Origin: Malacoraja senta
Taxonomy: Eukaryota
Direction of reading: 5' to 3'
Length of the DNA: 64,000 nt
Assembly: GCA_038087875.1 (NCBI GenBank)
Contig: CM075977.1
Span: 163,804,001-163,868,000, forward strand
The notes beneath the pieces were generated by a model, which worked only from the letters and a program-made list of their open reading frames with translations, was not told the DNA's origin and did no database searches. A program made the translations under genes and the position numbers. This document shows, in pieces, positions 48,937-62,569 of the stretch (within the stretch, counting starts at the first letter, position 1; each line of letters opens with the position of its first letter).

Positions 48937-51900
48937 GGTGGGAATCCCGCACAGCTTAGAGCATAAGGCTTAGATAATGGCAGACCACGTTGGTTTCTGG
49001 TAATTTATTTGTTGGCATGTATTGTTACCGAAAAATATCGAAAATTTGCAGAATCATCTTAAAACAGTTACTCTTCTAACTTTAACAGTGAAAATGGCAA
49101 ACGTCCAATGCAAGTGATTGGACATTCACCTTTCACCTTTGACAGTGGCTCTTGCCCTCGAACTCACTCAGATCTACACGAGATGCACGATGCGAAAGAC
49201 AAGCTGTTTCAACCACCAACTTGTACCTTTATATAACCTTGTTGGCACTGGGTTCATGGGTCTGATGTTAGATCTCTGACCTGCTTTCCACTATTTACAA
49301 TGTTTCATATTGGAATCAAGTGGAACCGCGTAAAGAGGATGAATTATGGAAAGAATTGTGACGGGAGGTACATTTATTGATTATTTTTGTATAATATAGA
49401 GCGTACTTCGAGAGGTCTAGCTAACTCTTGTGTTTTCTTGCAGACTGACAGGTGACTGCCACCTCAAAAATCTAATCTTCCTACACCAAGAAACATATAA
49501 GACCATTGATTTAAGAGAGAGAGGCGCTGGGAATTGTCTGCGAGTGTGAAGATGGCCCAAAATGTTTTTTTTTGGTCTAAACTGAGAGACCTGGGACTCG
49601 CTGGAAACTCCAACTCGCAACGCTTCCGCACAGTTTACAATATCCGATTAAACGGCATGGGAAAATCGCTAACCCTTTCTTACAGCCCTAGTCTGGTAAA
49701 TTTAGCTGTAAACGAGCAAAAAGTGAAATTATACACTTCAAGGAGGCCCATTTTATTTCAAGTTACCTTGACACATTTTCACTCTTTTTCGGGTGGGTGT
49801 GTGGAGGGGGGGAGGGTGAAGAATTGGAGAAAGGGGATAGTCGTGTGTTAAATGGGCTTCATCTCACAGAATAGTTTTACTCCTTTCATCCTCTGGGAGA
49901 CATTTCTGCTGCAGGATTCCTGGCCGGAAATCTGGCGGTCGAAGGCCCACTGAGTCTAGTTTGACAGAGATGTGAGGTGTGGTTTTTTTTGGCCCTAAAC
50001 TCACTAATAGGAATTGATCTCCAATGTTTCATGTAGGAATCTCAATCGAAAAGTAACACCTGATCTACGTATTTAAAATGCTTCATTGCAAAACCAAACT
50101 CTGTTCATTCAAAAGGCATTTATCCTGTTAAGTGAACAATTTCGGCATCTGTACTGAATTCAGTTGTAGAAATCGTGATAATGACTTCTCAAGGATGCCC
50201 TGCTTGTGTTAAGTATGGAACAAGTTCCATGACGGGACGTAATTATTGCATTCTAACTACTAATTTTATTTCCAACGTTTGTGTATTATTATTGATGAAG
50301 TAAAGCAGCCCTGAAAAAAAGCACAGCTAAAATAGTGTGTTACAGGTACCTAGTTAGGGTTTATTTAATTTGTGATTATGCACGTAGATGATGTAAAGTT
50401 CATCATCAAAAGGGCAACTAATTAACTAAGAGACAGCACCTTAAAACAGGCCCGACCACACCGAACAAGCGTGACTCGCACGTGCTGATACAAAGGCTTT
50501 CAACACTGTCATCTGTCAGCCAGAAAGCTGAAAGTAAACAATGATATAGATTATTTCACGGGTCACAGACGGGAAAAGCAGCTAATGTCCTAGAATGGCA
50601 CAAATTCATTCTTGTGTGAGCCCGGCAACCAGTGCCCTTTATGATCGATAACTGGGCAGGGTCCTTTCGAAAGTTGAACCGGGGAAGGGTGGAGGGGTCA
50701 GTCAGGGGGTGAAGGGCGCAGGAACCCACACTCCATCTCTTTGTTTTCGATGATTCCACGTGAACTATGCGACAGATTTCAAATTAATACGCTGAGTACT
50801 TGAGGTCAATTTGTGGAATGTTTCCCTTTATATTGACACATTTTGGATCCATTCTGCGAATGGTCTATTCTGTTTCTTTTAGTTTAACGCATTGTCATTG
50901 AAAGGAAGAGCAATCTGTCCTGTTAAAAGAGCGCCCCGTAAATCAACTGACTGCAAGCGGCCTTGTGTTATTTTAAACATAGGAAGGGGCGATGGGCAAA
51001 CCGTGATGATACGAATGCCGGCGATCAGCGAGTTACATCGCTATTGGACTTCCTGAATTAAGAATTGGAAATCGGGATGGAGTTTCATTGAATTACTCAG
51101 TTCTCTCAACCTAAACTATCGCCTGTTATCGAGATAAAATAAAAAAAATTACAGGACGAAGGTAGAGGGAGGGGTGAGAGCAGTGGATGGCGAAGGCTTC
51201 GGGAAAATCTTTCTTTCTGAACCATGACAAGTGAAGTAATGGACGTTTGGGCTTGGGCTTGCAGAATGATGAACAAACCTGTTGAATTTATGTTTACATT
51301 AGGAAAAAAACGCGTCTTGCAATTCTCATAAACTCATATCCATTTCACACGGCGATGCCCCCGCCCCGCTATTTATCGCTAACTATATAACCTATTTCTT
51401 CCTCGTTGTTCTCAACAGAAAGATCTCAGCGTCCTGTGTTTAAGGTCGGTATATCACGGCGGTTATTATTGGTAACGATCTAACGCGAATCACTCATTGT
51501 TTTGCATAATTAGTTAGGTCCGCTGGTGAGATGATACACCGAAAATAATAAAATAATGTTTCACATTCTAAGTACAGAAGAAACAGACCCCAAATGCAAC
51601 TTTCCGCTGTATACTTGCAGCCCTATTTCCTGACCCCGAGACTGTATAAAGACACATTCAAACATTTCTAAGAAAATGGCACCCTTCAATTCAATACTTC
51701 GTTATTTTTGTATTGTATTTTATTAGGAAATAACCACAACCAAACAAAAAAAGTGCATTTATCGGAGCAAACCGGAATCGGCTGGGTGTTGCGTTTACAA
51801 ATTGATCCGAGGGCCGTGAAGGAACATGATTTGCCCTAAAGGTTCACTACGCCCTGGTGCTGTGACGAAAGTTATTGGCAAATCCATCCCCTTCAGTCAA

Positions 51901-53273
51901 AGTGCGCGATAAAAAAACATGGTTTCAAATTGCCGATAAAACGTTTAGTATTGTTCAAACGACGAATATTAACGAAAGAAAATAGGAGTAAATAAAAATT
52001 CAAAGGTAATTTTAATTCGGTTTCATTTTCTTAAGCGGCACTCGGCTGCACAAAACAAGAGCGTACATCTGAATGATCACAGTCTGCAGCGGGAGACGGG
52101 CCCGAAGATGTTCAGAGCAAAGGCCAGAACAGTTAAAATAAACATTTTAGCTATTTTTGCGTTTTGTCTTTTGAAAATGCTGTGATTTGAACATTTCATG
52201 CTAATATTCATCAACAAAATCGAACGGCTCTGTTAGTCGTTAACGAAGCCCCAAATCCTAATTTCACATTTCGTGTTTTTGTTTCGAAAGGGTGGCGGCA
52301 CTAAACTTAAGGGCAGTTGTTGGGTTGGGGTGGGGGAAGGTAGACATTCACCCACAGGTCAATCACACGGATTGTCTAATAATCTCCTAAAGAGAAGCCA
52401 CAGAATGAGCAATTTCCAGTATCTCCCCACCCGCAAAGAATCAATCGAACTGTACACATCTTTGAAAAAAATGCAGACAGGGCGCCGAAGTCAGCCATTG
52501 GACACATTTTAACTGTCTTTATATAGCGAAAGAGCATAAAATAGAACTCGGTAAATATCCTCGATCAACGAGAGAACAAGCGGACAGTCATGTACAGAGA
52601 CAATCAGGAGCTCAGCTCCATTCCCTCGCACACGAAAACACCACTTTGTGGCGTATTGCAGCTTTAAATTCTAACAATTTCGGGTGCAGGTCCGATTCCT
52701 ACAGCTTTCTGTTGTACAATGACAACCATCGCGTAATAAACATTAAACAGAACCCAATCGACTTTTGCAATTAAAAGTAAAGTGGTTTTGTTTTTTAAAA
52801 TAAAATGAACTGATTGCACCTCAGAAGTAACCCCTGACCTATCTTCACGGCACTCGGAATCGCCCACAAAGAGTTTTAAAAAAAGTTACAAAGCTGATAT
52901 TTGATAGGGACACTAATCTGAACCCAGAGGAAACCGAACACCTTCTGGAACCCGGACACTGCGGACAGTCCTTCGCCGTGAACCGTACAAGGAGATATGC
53001 TTTCCCTTGACTTCTGCTGAGCGTTCGTCCTAGGTTTTCACAGTGCATTGCATTTACTTTGAGCAGTTTCCAACACTTGAATTTTCATTAAGCCTCACTT
53101 GCTTAATTAAAAGTGTTCACTTTTTATAAAAAACAAAGTGTCTTAAGTCTTCATAGTCCTTTAAAGCACTGGGTACTGTTTAATTCTACAAGGAAATACG
53201 GGACTGTTTCCAATACAGCCGCTTCATGCTTTCGAACTATTTGTACATTTCACAGAAAAAAATATAAACCTAC

Positions 53274-53313
53274 CTGATCGGATACCCCTGATGGCGCTAC
53301 CGTTTTTTTCCAT
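53274..53313 (-). CDS. pax5: Pax5 alternative first exon 1A, coding part (MEKNGSAIRGIRS + G)
   Basis: Minus strand reads ATG GAA AAA AAC GGT AGC GCC ATC AGG GGT ATC CGA TCA G|gtaggt. 40 nt, phase 1, joins exon 2 as G-HGGVNQ. Resembles mammalian exon 1A MDLEKNYPTPRTSRTG, and the upstream leader resembles the human PAX5 5'UTR as recalled. Confidence 0.85.
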
Positions 53314-53760
53314 ACTAGTTTTGGTATTGCGAATCCTTTGTGAAAAGACTGGAAGAAAAGTTTCTATTTTTCGCTGTGTGTTAGTGTGTGTGTGTGTGTG
53401 TGTGTGTGCGTGTGTGTGTTGTCGGCTCCGGATAATTTGACTCTTCCGCTACCCCGTCGCGTCTTTGGTGCTGCCCATTGATCCGAAACTAAACGTTTTA
53501 GGTGGAGAAAAGGCTCTGAACAAACCGTGAAATGATTAAGGAACTAAAAGAGCTCGCTACATGTGAGATCATGTCCTGTTCGCTTAAAAAAATCGCCAAG
53601 TCCCTAGACGCAGCGAAAAGAAAGTAAAACTCTCACATCTGTCGAAAAATAACTCCTACCTATCGCTTTCTGTAACTTTGGGGTTGTCTCTTTCGCCTCC
53701 AGTCTCCACTCTGCGAATGTTTACAACGCCTGGCATTTACAAATACTTGCACTAGAGGAT
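53314..53760 (-). promoter_or_regulatory. pax5: Pax5 exon 1A 5'UTR and proximal promoter
   Basis: Blocks AACAGGACATGATCTCACATG, TTTAGTTCCTTAATCATTTC, CCACCTAAAACGTTTAGTTTC and GAAACTTTTC match my recollection of the human PAX5 leader. Forkhead motif TGTTTAC at 53718-53724. The TSS cannot be determined from sequence. Confidence 0.65.
53374..53419. repeat. (GT)n/(CA)n microsatellite in the predicted exon 1A 5'UTR
   Basis: Read directly from sequence. Confidence 0.95.
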
Positions 53761-56126
53761 CTGTATGGATGGGGATTCTGAAACACCGCATCACACGCCG
53801 ATTCAAGCACCACTCTCTAGCATTGAATAATTAAAGTCCTTTCTCACCATTTCACTCTCTAACCTTCCTTCCTCAAATTGGCACAAAAACATTAGGTAGT
53901 TTTATCTGTACCCGGGGAGAGAATTGGAGACACCCCCTCCTACTCTTCCCCACCCAGAAGCGACACCTTGTAGCGCACAGTTTTTCCGATTTCTTCTTAA
54001 ATACGGCGCTGCTGTTTACAATTTTGTGTCGAATTGTGTCGAATTAAAAAAAAAAACAATCGCTCATCACCCGTACCCCATCGTCCTACAGTTGTACTCA
54101 TTTGACATTTTCTAATATAAAATAAACTTTGCTCCAGTTATTGTCACATTTTTAAAATAAAATATTGACTGATTACTGTATCCATGGTTAGAAATTGGCG
54201 CAGCGAATGCACTCGGCCATATTTCTGTCTGCAACTTATGTTGAAATGATATCAAAATTGGACCACGAAAAATGTGCAGCATTTGCCAGGGCCGGCGGAA
54301 TGGACTTTTCCCACAGTTCAGATGTTCATTTCCCGCTGCACTTAACCTTTAACCGGTGACCGCAATACAACTTTACGGAAGTTTTAAATACTAATTGATT
54401 CGTGTCAATGGGAAGGTCTCGTTGAAATTCAAGTACCAACTTCAAATACCAAGTCAAGTGAATTTACACGATTCCGCCTGTCTCATATATACGTTTGGAT
54501 TTTGTTTGTACATGCTTGTATCATCTTGCAAGAACGCAAATGAATTAAATAAAACCTGAAGTTACAGAAACCTGGATCACTTTGACAACGCCTGCAGCTT
54601 TGATTTCCTCCATATATTTTACAGATTAACAGCAGCATCACATTAGGTCAAACTCATATTTAGGCAATACTTCGTCCTAGCTTTTGTTTGGGTATAACCA
54701 CACGAGAAAGCTCAAGGCATGATTTATAGCATAAATTCAACATCAGTATTGGACTTGTATCGCTCCAACTGGTTTTTTAAAAAACATATTGTTTGTTTGT
54801 TTTTAAAGCCTGGATATCCGGTATTAAAGTCCATGGTCAAAAACTATAATTATTGTCTTAATCCTAACGGATTTCAGTCCGAAAAATGATTTATCCGTTT
54901 TGCAGAAATGTTTGGAGTGTCTAGGATGTTCAGTTTAACGAGTTTCTGAAGTGACCTCGGCTTACAGATGAAATTCAAGGAACATAAAATGCCCAATATA
55001 ATGTTGTATTAGATACATTATAACCTACATGGAGGAAAGTGTCGCCAATGTTTCGTCATATAAGCATATATTCAGAACTACTATAATAAAATACTTTTGT
55101 TTATATTTTTCATCATATATTTAAATATTTGTGTTCATTCATAGACTAAATCAGGTGAGTTTAGTTAGACAGGGTCGCTTTTTACATATGGATTACCTGT
55201 AATGCTTTAATAAGTAAATTAATACCTTCAAATTATCATGAAGAACTTTTGGACGTAGAATTGGACTGTTTGCAAGTTTATGATATAACTAAATATTCAC
55301 ATGAAAATGTATGCACTATATCAAATACACACATTCAGATCACCGGAAGCCCAATTTAGACATTTTGATAAATGCAAAGTACTTAAACATCTATTTAAAC
55401 TTACATTTTTAAATATCGGAAGTAATCATTCCAAATAATATGAAATAATTTCAATTCCTTTGTTTTAGGATCATTCGCAATTCTACTAAAGGCTAATTCT
55501 ACCTAATGCACAAAGTCGCGAATATTTTATTTTTGGGTAAGGGGCAATTTAATGAAGTGGGGGGAAATGTTTACTTAAAAGTTAAATTGGACCCCTCGCA
55601 GTTAACCCGGAACATAATAAATAATCATGCCTAGTGCAATTTTATTGTGAAACAAATACCCTATGTTTCTCCATAGTTAGACGCTTCCACGGTGCACAAA
55701 CTAATCCTGATCCTGAAGCGTTCTTAGATTTTTGGTTCTGCTCACAAAACACGAAAATTAATTTCAAGTAAATATATAGAGAATATCCTTTGTAATAAGT
55801 TATTCAATTCCAAATTTCTCGCAGTTAATTTTTAATTTGGTATTCGATATATGTGCCATATTTCTTCAATTGTGATTACCTGTTTTAGCTAAATATTCAA
55901 AATATTACTTTGCCAATGTCTGGAATGTGATTAACAATAAGTTGTGCATCATTAGCCCACACCGCATTAAATGTATCGTGTATACTAACGTCTTGACAGA
56001 TATCAGTGCAGTAATTATATGAAACCATTGCCATCGCTGCTCCTTTCAATTCACTAATATGTTGTGAAACAGGCCTCACAGCTAACCTTTGCGAGCATTA
56101 TTTACAGTTCTATTAATAATGTTGGC

Positions 56127-56282
56127 NNNNNNNNNNNNNNNNNNNNNNNNNNNNNNNNNNNNNNNNNNNNNNNNNNNNNNNNNNNNNNNNNNNNNNNNNN
56201 NNNNNNNNNNNNNNNNNNNNNNNNNNNNNNNNNNNNNNNNNNNNNNNNNNNNNNNNNNNNNNNNNNNNNNNNNNNNNNNNNN
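56127..56282. other. Assembly gap (N run)
   Basis: Run of Ns. Confidence 1.
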
Positions 56283-56599
56283 TTTTACATTTCTTCAATG
56301 CAGTAGTTTGTAGTTTACAACTTTCATACACTTCAATTTATTTTCATAACTTTCAATATCCAAGTTGACTAAATCTAAGTGCTCACAATTAGCCATGTTA
56401 TGATGTTCGATAAAACCATACGGATTCATCAGCAGTCCCGGTTCTTCCTTCGGTTGTGTGATATCGGTTAACACTTCCGTAATAAACCTCCAGCTAACAA
56501 TAAAAGGTTATGAAAATATATTTAGCTGACATTTATTTCAAATATTTTGATGTACGCACATTTCTCCAGTTATTTGGTAAAATTAAAAAACGAAGTGAC

Positions 56600-56678
56600 G
56601 GAGCAAACGTCACCTATTCCTTCGCTCCATAGATGCTGCCTCATCCGCTGAGTTTCTCCAGCATTTTTGTCTACCTTT
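56600..56678 (+). mobile_element. Penelope-terminus-derived fragment
   Basis: AAACGTCACCTATTCCTTCGCTCCATAGATGCTG..., same subfamily as 35905-36002. Confidence 0.8.
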
Positions 56679-58874
56679 TACTTTTATGTGATGTACTTAC
56701 TTGATTACAAATACTGCCGACTATTAAAATAAACAGGTCTTTAATATGTTATTGATTCAGAGCGGTTTGCGCAATTGGAGGGGAATTGTGGCCGATCTGT
56801 ATTTGCGAAGTCCTGAATTCAGAGCTGACAAATGTCGTGTTTCACTTGGAATTCAACAATGAGTGCCAATCGCCAGGACCACTCACCTGTCACATATATC
56901 TTCAACTACTTCTCAAAATCACTTCCATATTTCTTCCGATAGTTCTTGTAGTTTCAAAAAAGTACCACCGATCCACTGATTTAGGCGCTAATATGACCTT
57001 TGATCTACTGCAATGTTTCCATTGGAGTTTTTCCTGACGGGGGATTCATAAACAGAACCAGAGGTGATAATTATAAGTAAAATATATAGATTTACATCGC
57101 TCTAAAAACAATCAACGAACCGGTGTCACCTGAAGTTGACAGCTGGAATAACCTATTGTACTCAGTCAATAAACAGTTAGGGGAAAATAGCAGTTTAATT
57201 GATAACTTACGGTTCCGTGAAAACAAAATAGGCGTATATACTGTCCAGGTTATTTTAAGGCGAATGTCCTCTACATTTGTTGATGCTGGAATGTCTTCAT
57301 TTTAAGTTGTAAACAATAGTCTTTTTTTTTTTTTAAAGCTATGTTTAGGGTTCTGAATTACCCTTTATATCTTTAACAATGAAATATATCACCAGAATGA
57401 ATATTAGTTTGCAGCCCGTCATTTAAATATTTTACTTTGTCAAAATGTAACTGCTACGTGGACAGAAGTTAACATTCAATGTTCTATAGTTGATGCAGCT
57501 AATCCTACTGATTCACAAGGCGTTCACCCACACAAAACGTTTCGTTGCATTTACTCTCAAAGGTACTATCAAAATATTGCACCTGTTAGATTTTTACGCT
57601 TTGGAAACCAGAACTCGGGATTTCAGGGGAAATCAGTGTTGGCGTTAAAACTCAGAACATCTCAACATCTTCTGTAAACAGTGGATCCAAGATTATATAT
57701 ATTCCCAAAACGTAAAATAGAATTTATTTTTAAAACATTGATATATGTGCACGTGTTAGCTTTCCACCAGATTAGACAATTTAGCAATCTGGTTCCTCGG
57801 CCTCCAGTGACACATACTCCTGGTGATACTTAGCGCTCAGAATTCGTTACATGGGAATCAATGACGAAGTCAAGAGAAATGTTCATGTTTGAATGTGTTG
57901 CCTTTCTATGATGGCATTAATTAATATATACACATCGACTGGTCGCTGATCTGTTGTACTTAATAAGGTACGAAATTGAAATTGCATTATTTATTATAAA
58001 TAGCTCAAACATATTGTACAATGTTGCAAGACAACGAACGATAAAGCTATTAATTTAAATGTAAATATAATGTGTTTTAAAAATGTTTATTTCCTGTCCA
58101 TCAGTTAAAACAAAGTTGACAGCAGATCAAATATGCAAAAAACATAATTGTCCAAGAAAATGTGAGGCAAAATGGCATTAACTATTAAATGACATAGTTA
58201 CAAAAACTTAAAAGGAAATGTCATAACGATAAAGTACTTGGGCAAATAATAAGATTAACAAATAAATGTTAAATAGACAAGCACGCGAGCGTTTAGATCA
58301 AGGCACTTGGTTAAACAGTGATCCACTAATCAATCAATCACCAAACTAAATAATGTCACAAACTGGAAAGAAAAACCGATCGGAAAATAAATCGAATGGA
58401 GGTAATTGAGCTTTAATTCTGTGATTTAAAGCTATACACCGCACAGGGAAATACACCTGTCCAGCGCAAATTCATGAAATAATACGGAAAATTAAAAACA
58501 AGTTTAATCCCTTTTACAGTAGAAAGTAAATCTCCATTAAGCGGCTACTCATTTTTTTTCAAGGTGTCCATTCCTTTCTTCCCTCCTCATGAAGAAGCAC
58601 ATGGCCTTTGCTCGGTTCCCCTTGTGTGTTGGCTAAATCGTTGTGAGAGCATGGGCACTTTTTCCATTATTAGGTGAAATCTTCACACTGCCAAATATCC
58701 CCAAAGAGTTATATATTTTTTAAATATCATCCTCTGTGACTATCTTTCATTAAGCTAATCGCTAAAAAGAATTATCAGCTTTCCATTAAATTCGTGTGCA
58801 CATAGATGTTTAAGAACATTTGTCGGTAAAGAAAAAAAGGTGGTATATGAAGTGCTGAAATAGAGGGAAAAAAA

Positions 58875-59062
58875 GACTTACAGCACCTTTCACTTTCCAT
58901 CAATAACAGCAATGTCGTCATATTTTGTGTTGGTGTATGTTGGGGAATAAATTATGTTTACTGGACTGAACTGTCGGCGTGACGGTTCAGTGTCCGTTCT
59001 GAAAGAAGCCTCCAGCAACAATGCAGCACCCCCTCAGCTCTGAATATGGAAATACCAGCCAA
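58875..59062 (-). mobile_element. Ancient DeuSINE remnant upstream of exon 1A
   Basis: CTGAAAGAAGCCTCC..ATGCAGCACCCCCTCAG and AGCACCTTTCAC correspond to the reversed SacSINE1-like head and tail. Confidence 0.5.
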
Positions 59063-59416
59063 TACCTGTTAGTTAGATGCTCAGGTACTCCCAGCAAAAA
59101 CATGGAATGCTAAATTAAACAGAGAGTGAAAGCTTGGCTCTATTCTGAAGATTTTCTGCAAAATGCCAATTATATCGGTCATCCTTAAACACAATTTAAA
59201 GTTATCTCAGTTGTAATTTATTAGAACTGATCTTATAAAGATTCTCTCAGCTATTATCGGGATCGGACATTTCGGCTCTTAGTTTTCAGGTTTTTTTTTT
59301 CCTTTTCCAGTCAGCCCACTAGTTAAAAGACTGGATCGGCTATTCGTTTCCAGGCCATTTCGAAATAATCGCTGGCAGATACCAAAATCTGACTGTCCTC
59401 TGATTTTTCTCTTTTT

Positions 59417-59442
59417 TGTGTGTGTGTGTGTGTGTGTGTGTG
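59417..59442. repeat. (GT)n microsatellite
   Basis: Read directly from sequence. Confidence 0.95.
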
Positions 59443-61894
59443 CCCATGGTACCTACGATCGTCACTGTTTTGCGTAGAGTTAATGCTTTAGGAATGTTGA
59501 GCTCCAAGTGACAGGCGAACACTTCATAGCATTGGTAGTAATAACTCACCGTGCTGCCTTCAGTTTCAATATGATAACATCTTAATAAAAATGTAACGAA
59601 AAACGAACAAAGGCAACAGTTTCTCGAGTTCAGCAGTAAAATCGTTAATATTCGCACATGTACGCAGAAGATCATCCGTATGACCAGTGTCTCTGCCCCT
59701 TACAAAAAGCCCAATAAATAAACATTTTTGAATTTTACCGACCAAGGAATTTCAGTGGAGTGTGCTATGAATTCATCCCAAGTCTGTAAGCTTCAATGAA
59801 CACAGAAAGTATATTTCACAAATATTTATTATGTAACCGATTTGAATTGATTTGGGGAGAAATATTTTGTTAACTTCGAAGCGTATTCCGTACACGATTT
59901 GGCTTATGTCACAACTGGCTGGAAAACTAAATCAAATAGTTCCAATGGTTGACTTTTGACCCGTGGGTAGGTGGAACGTACCTTTTTAAGCACGCTGCAG
60001 ACAGACACATATAGACTTAATAAAAAATAAATAAACTTTACTACAATTTACTGTTCAGTAAATATTAAGATACTAATAGATGAACATTCCTGTTTTACGC
60101 ACTGGATGACAAAGAACAATTAAAGTCGGATGTCATAAGATCTCAATGTAATCTTAACACACTTGTTCTATTGTTTTCATATATTTTGCATTCTTTCCTT
60201 AGAAATAAAGGTGATGTGGTGGGCTTCACTGGGTGATTGACAATCCGACCGATAGCGACGTGAACACACCTCACGGTCCGGTATCCAGCTTTACAGCAGG
60301 GTGTTTCGTCCTTTAACGCAGGAAGATTTTACGAACCCTCACTCCACATATCAGGCTGTGGTGGAGTGGGGGGGGGGGGGGGGTGCTACCCAGATCCACG
60401 GAATAGGAGTATCCCATTGATTATAGCGTAGAACTCAGACCCCGGCCGTCGGTCTCTTGTTCATCGAGATTGCATCTTCTGACTCAGGATGGAAATAACA
60501 TCCCTGAGCTAAAGACGCAGTCAAGAGGTCAGGTGATACCACAAATGACACTAGTCAAGCTTGTGGTTGTCATTAACATTACCTGAAACATAAGGTTAGA
60601 TTTACAATTTAGAAGTGACTCGTGTGTAGTTGCTTATTTTAATATATATACTCTGCCGAGATAATAAAGGACATTTTATTTCATTCTGTCCCTTCTTTGT
60701 TGCAAATGAGGAATATGTAAGATGTTGACATCCATACATTTCAAGCCATTAGTTGAATTTTTTTTTAAATGATGAGCATCTAGGCAATATCCTTATGGTT
60801 TGTTAAATAACAACCCACAACCCCCTGATAGAATCATAGAAATTGGCATGTAATATGAACATGTAAGATAATTTTGGTCCCCAGATCCTATTTTTTAAAC
60901 AAACCATTTCTCCATCATTAGAAAACTTGCTGACCCAACGTATCTCTGGATTTCAACAAAATTCAAATTCCAAATGATTTTATTTTGTTTAAATCTATTT
61001 ACGGGTCATCTTCTCCTTTTTCTATAACCATTTTCTGTCCATCAACCTCCAGGTTTCCAACCCTAACTTTCGGATTTGCCTTTGTACATATCGGAGCTTA
61101 CCTATTTACACATCCGAATTCAAAACTGCTTGATAATCCATATCTCCATACATTTCAGTTCATGAAGTCAAAGGTAGCTCACAAAACAATGCTCTTTAAA
61201 ATATATCTCTTTCATCTAGCCTTTTTTATCTATTGTAATATAGATTTAATGGGATGCTGTTCTAATAGGCACAGATCTGTCACTATATTATACCAGGCTG
61301 CAGTCCAGTTGTGTACAAATGTATTACTGTTTAACCTAGGTATGCAGCAGAGTGGCGAAATGCATCTCACATGCACTAACTGCAACTTCAAATGGTTTTA
61401 TAAATACTGGCATAGCACTGTGCGGTGCAAGAAAATTTGAACACCACACCTGTCTTGGACTATTTCTCAGATTTTACTCTTATTAACAGACCGGTACATT
61501 TGGATGAATGAGTTACACGTGGCAGTTCAAGGCTAATGATGGTGATAAGCACAGTTATCATCAATGACAATGGATAGGTAACAAGTGTGTCCAGCATCCT
61601 GATCAATGACAGCAATAAAAAAGGAGAAAGTTGTCAACAGCAAGCTATATTCTGATAAAATGTTTCTTTTCTGAAAGTCCTCTAATTTTGTTGTTGGAAT
61701 GATCTCGTTATAATAGGGCACACTGTAAGTATTGCAATTCTTTCAGAATTCATGATCAGGTAACTAATGAATCTTTTGTTTCCCCTTTCCTCTTTCCCCT
61801 ATTTAGTATAATTTCTCCCAATGTCCACGGGTACAGGAAATAATTTGGCTCGTTTAGCCAGTGGTGATCCATGGATCCACATTGAAAGAATAAT

Positions 61895-62480
61895 ACTTGT
61901 TCTGGAGAGAGAAACAAAAGTAAACGTTTCAGGTCAACGACCCATTATCATAATGTTATTAATGCAAGTACAGAAGGAGAGAAAGAGAGAACAAAATAAG
62001 ACATCTGTGAAAGTCTGGAAGACTGGATAAGTTGAACAACAAATGGGATGAAGGTTCAAGACAAAAGAATAGTAAGGGACAACTGAAGAAAGAAATGATT
62101 GTTCAAGAGACTGTAAATTGGAGAGTTATGAAATTGTTTCTTTTATGATATTGTGTTGAATCAGAAAACTGTAAAAACCCTAATCATAGATGAGATGCTG
62201 TGGTTCCAGCTTATGTTAAACTTAACTGGAACACAGTAGAAAGTCAAGGGCAGAGCAGAGTGAAAGGAGAATTAAATGACAGACAATGGGAAATTCAAGT
62301 TCATGTTGCAGATTGAATGAGGCCATTTCACTAAGCAACCACTCAGTTGGATTGGTGAGATGACAGCTTGGCCAGTAAATATTGTTGAAGGAACTACATA
62401 TAAATGGCTGTTTCACCAGGGAGCAAAGTTAGGAGCCTGCAAACAATGATGTAAAACTATAGGTCTGGCAGTTGCTTGGA
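61895..62480 (-). mobile_element. Degenerate Penelope-like 3' fragment
   Basis: GGAGAGAGAAACAAAAGTAAACGTTTCAGGTCAACGACCC terminal block. ATGAGATGCTG and GAAAGGAGAATTAAA match 17397-17495. Confidence 0.55.
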
Positions 62481-62569
62481 AAATGAGGTGGTAGGATGAA
62501 CACAAAAAAAATAGGAACACATGGAAGCTATCTCTTCACAACTGATCTGCCCAGATTTCAATTCATCTT

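Noticed and set aside
58882-58900. Possible third first exon ATGGAAAGTGAAAGGTGCT|gtaagt (MESERC, phase 1, compatible with exon 2)
   Set aside because: It lies in a decayed DeuSINE, has no evident promoter and no similarity to known Pax2/5/8 N-termini. Only spliced reads could rescue it.
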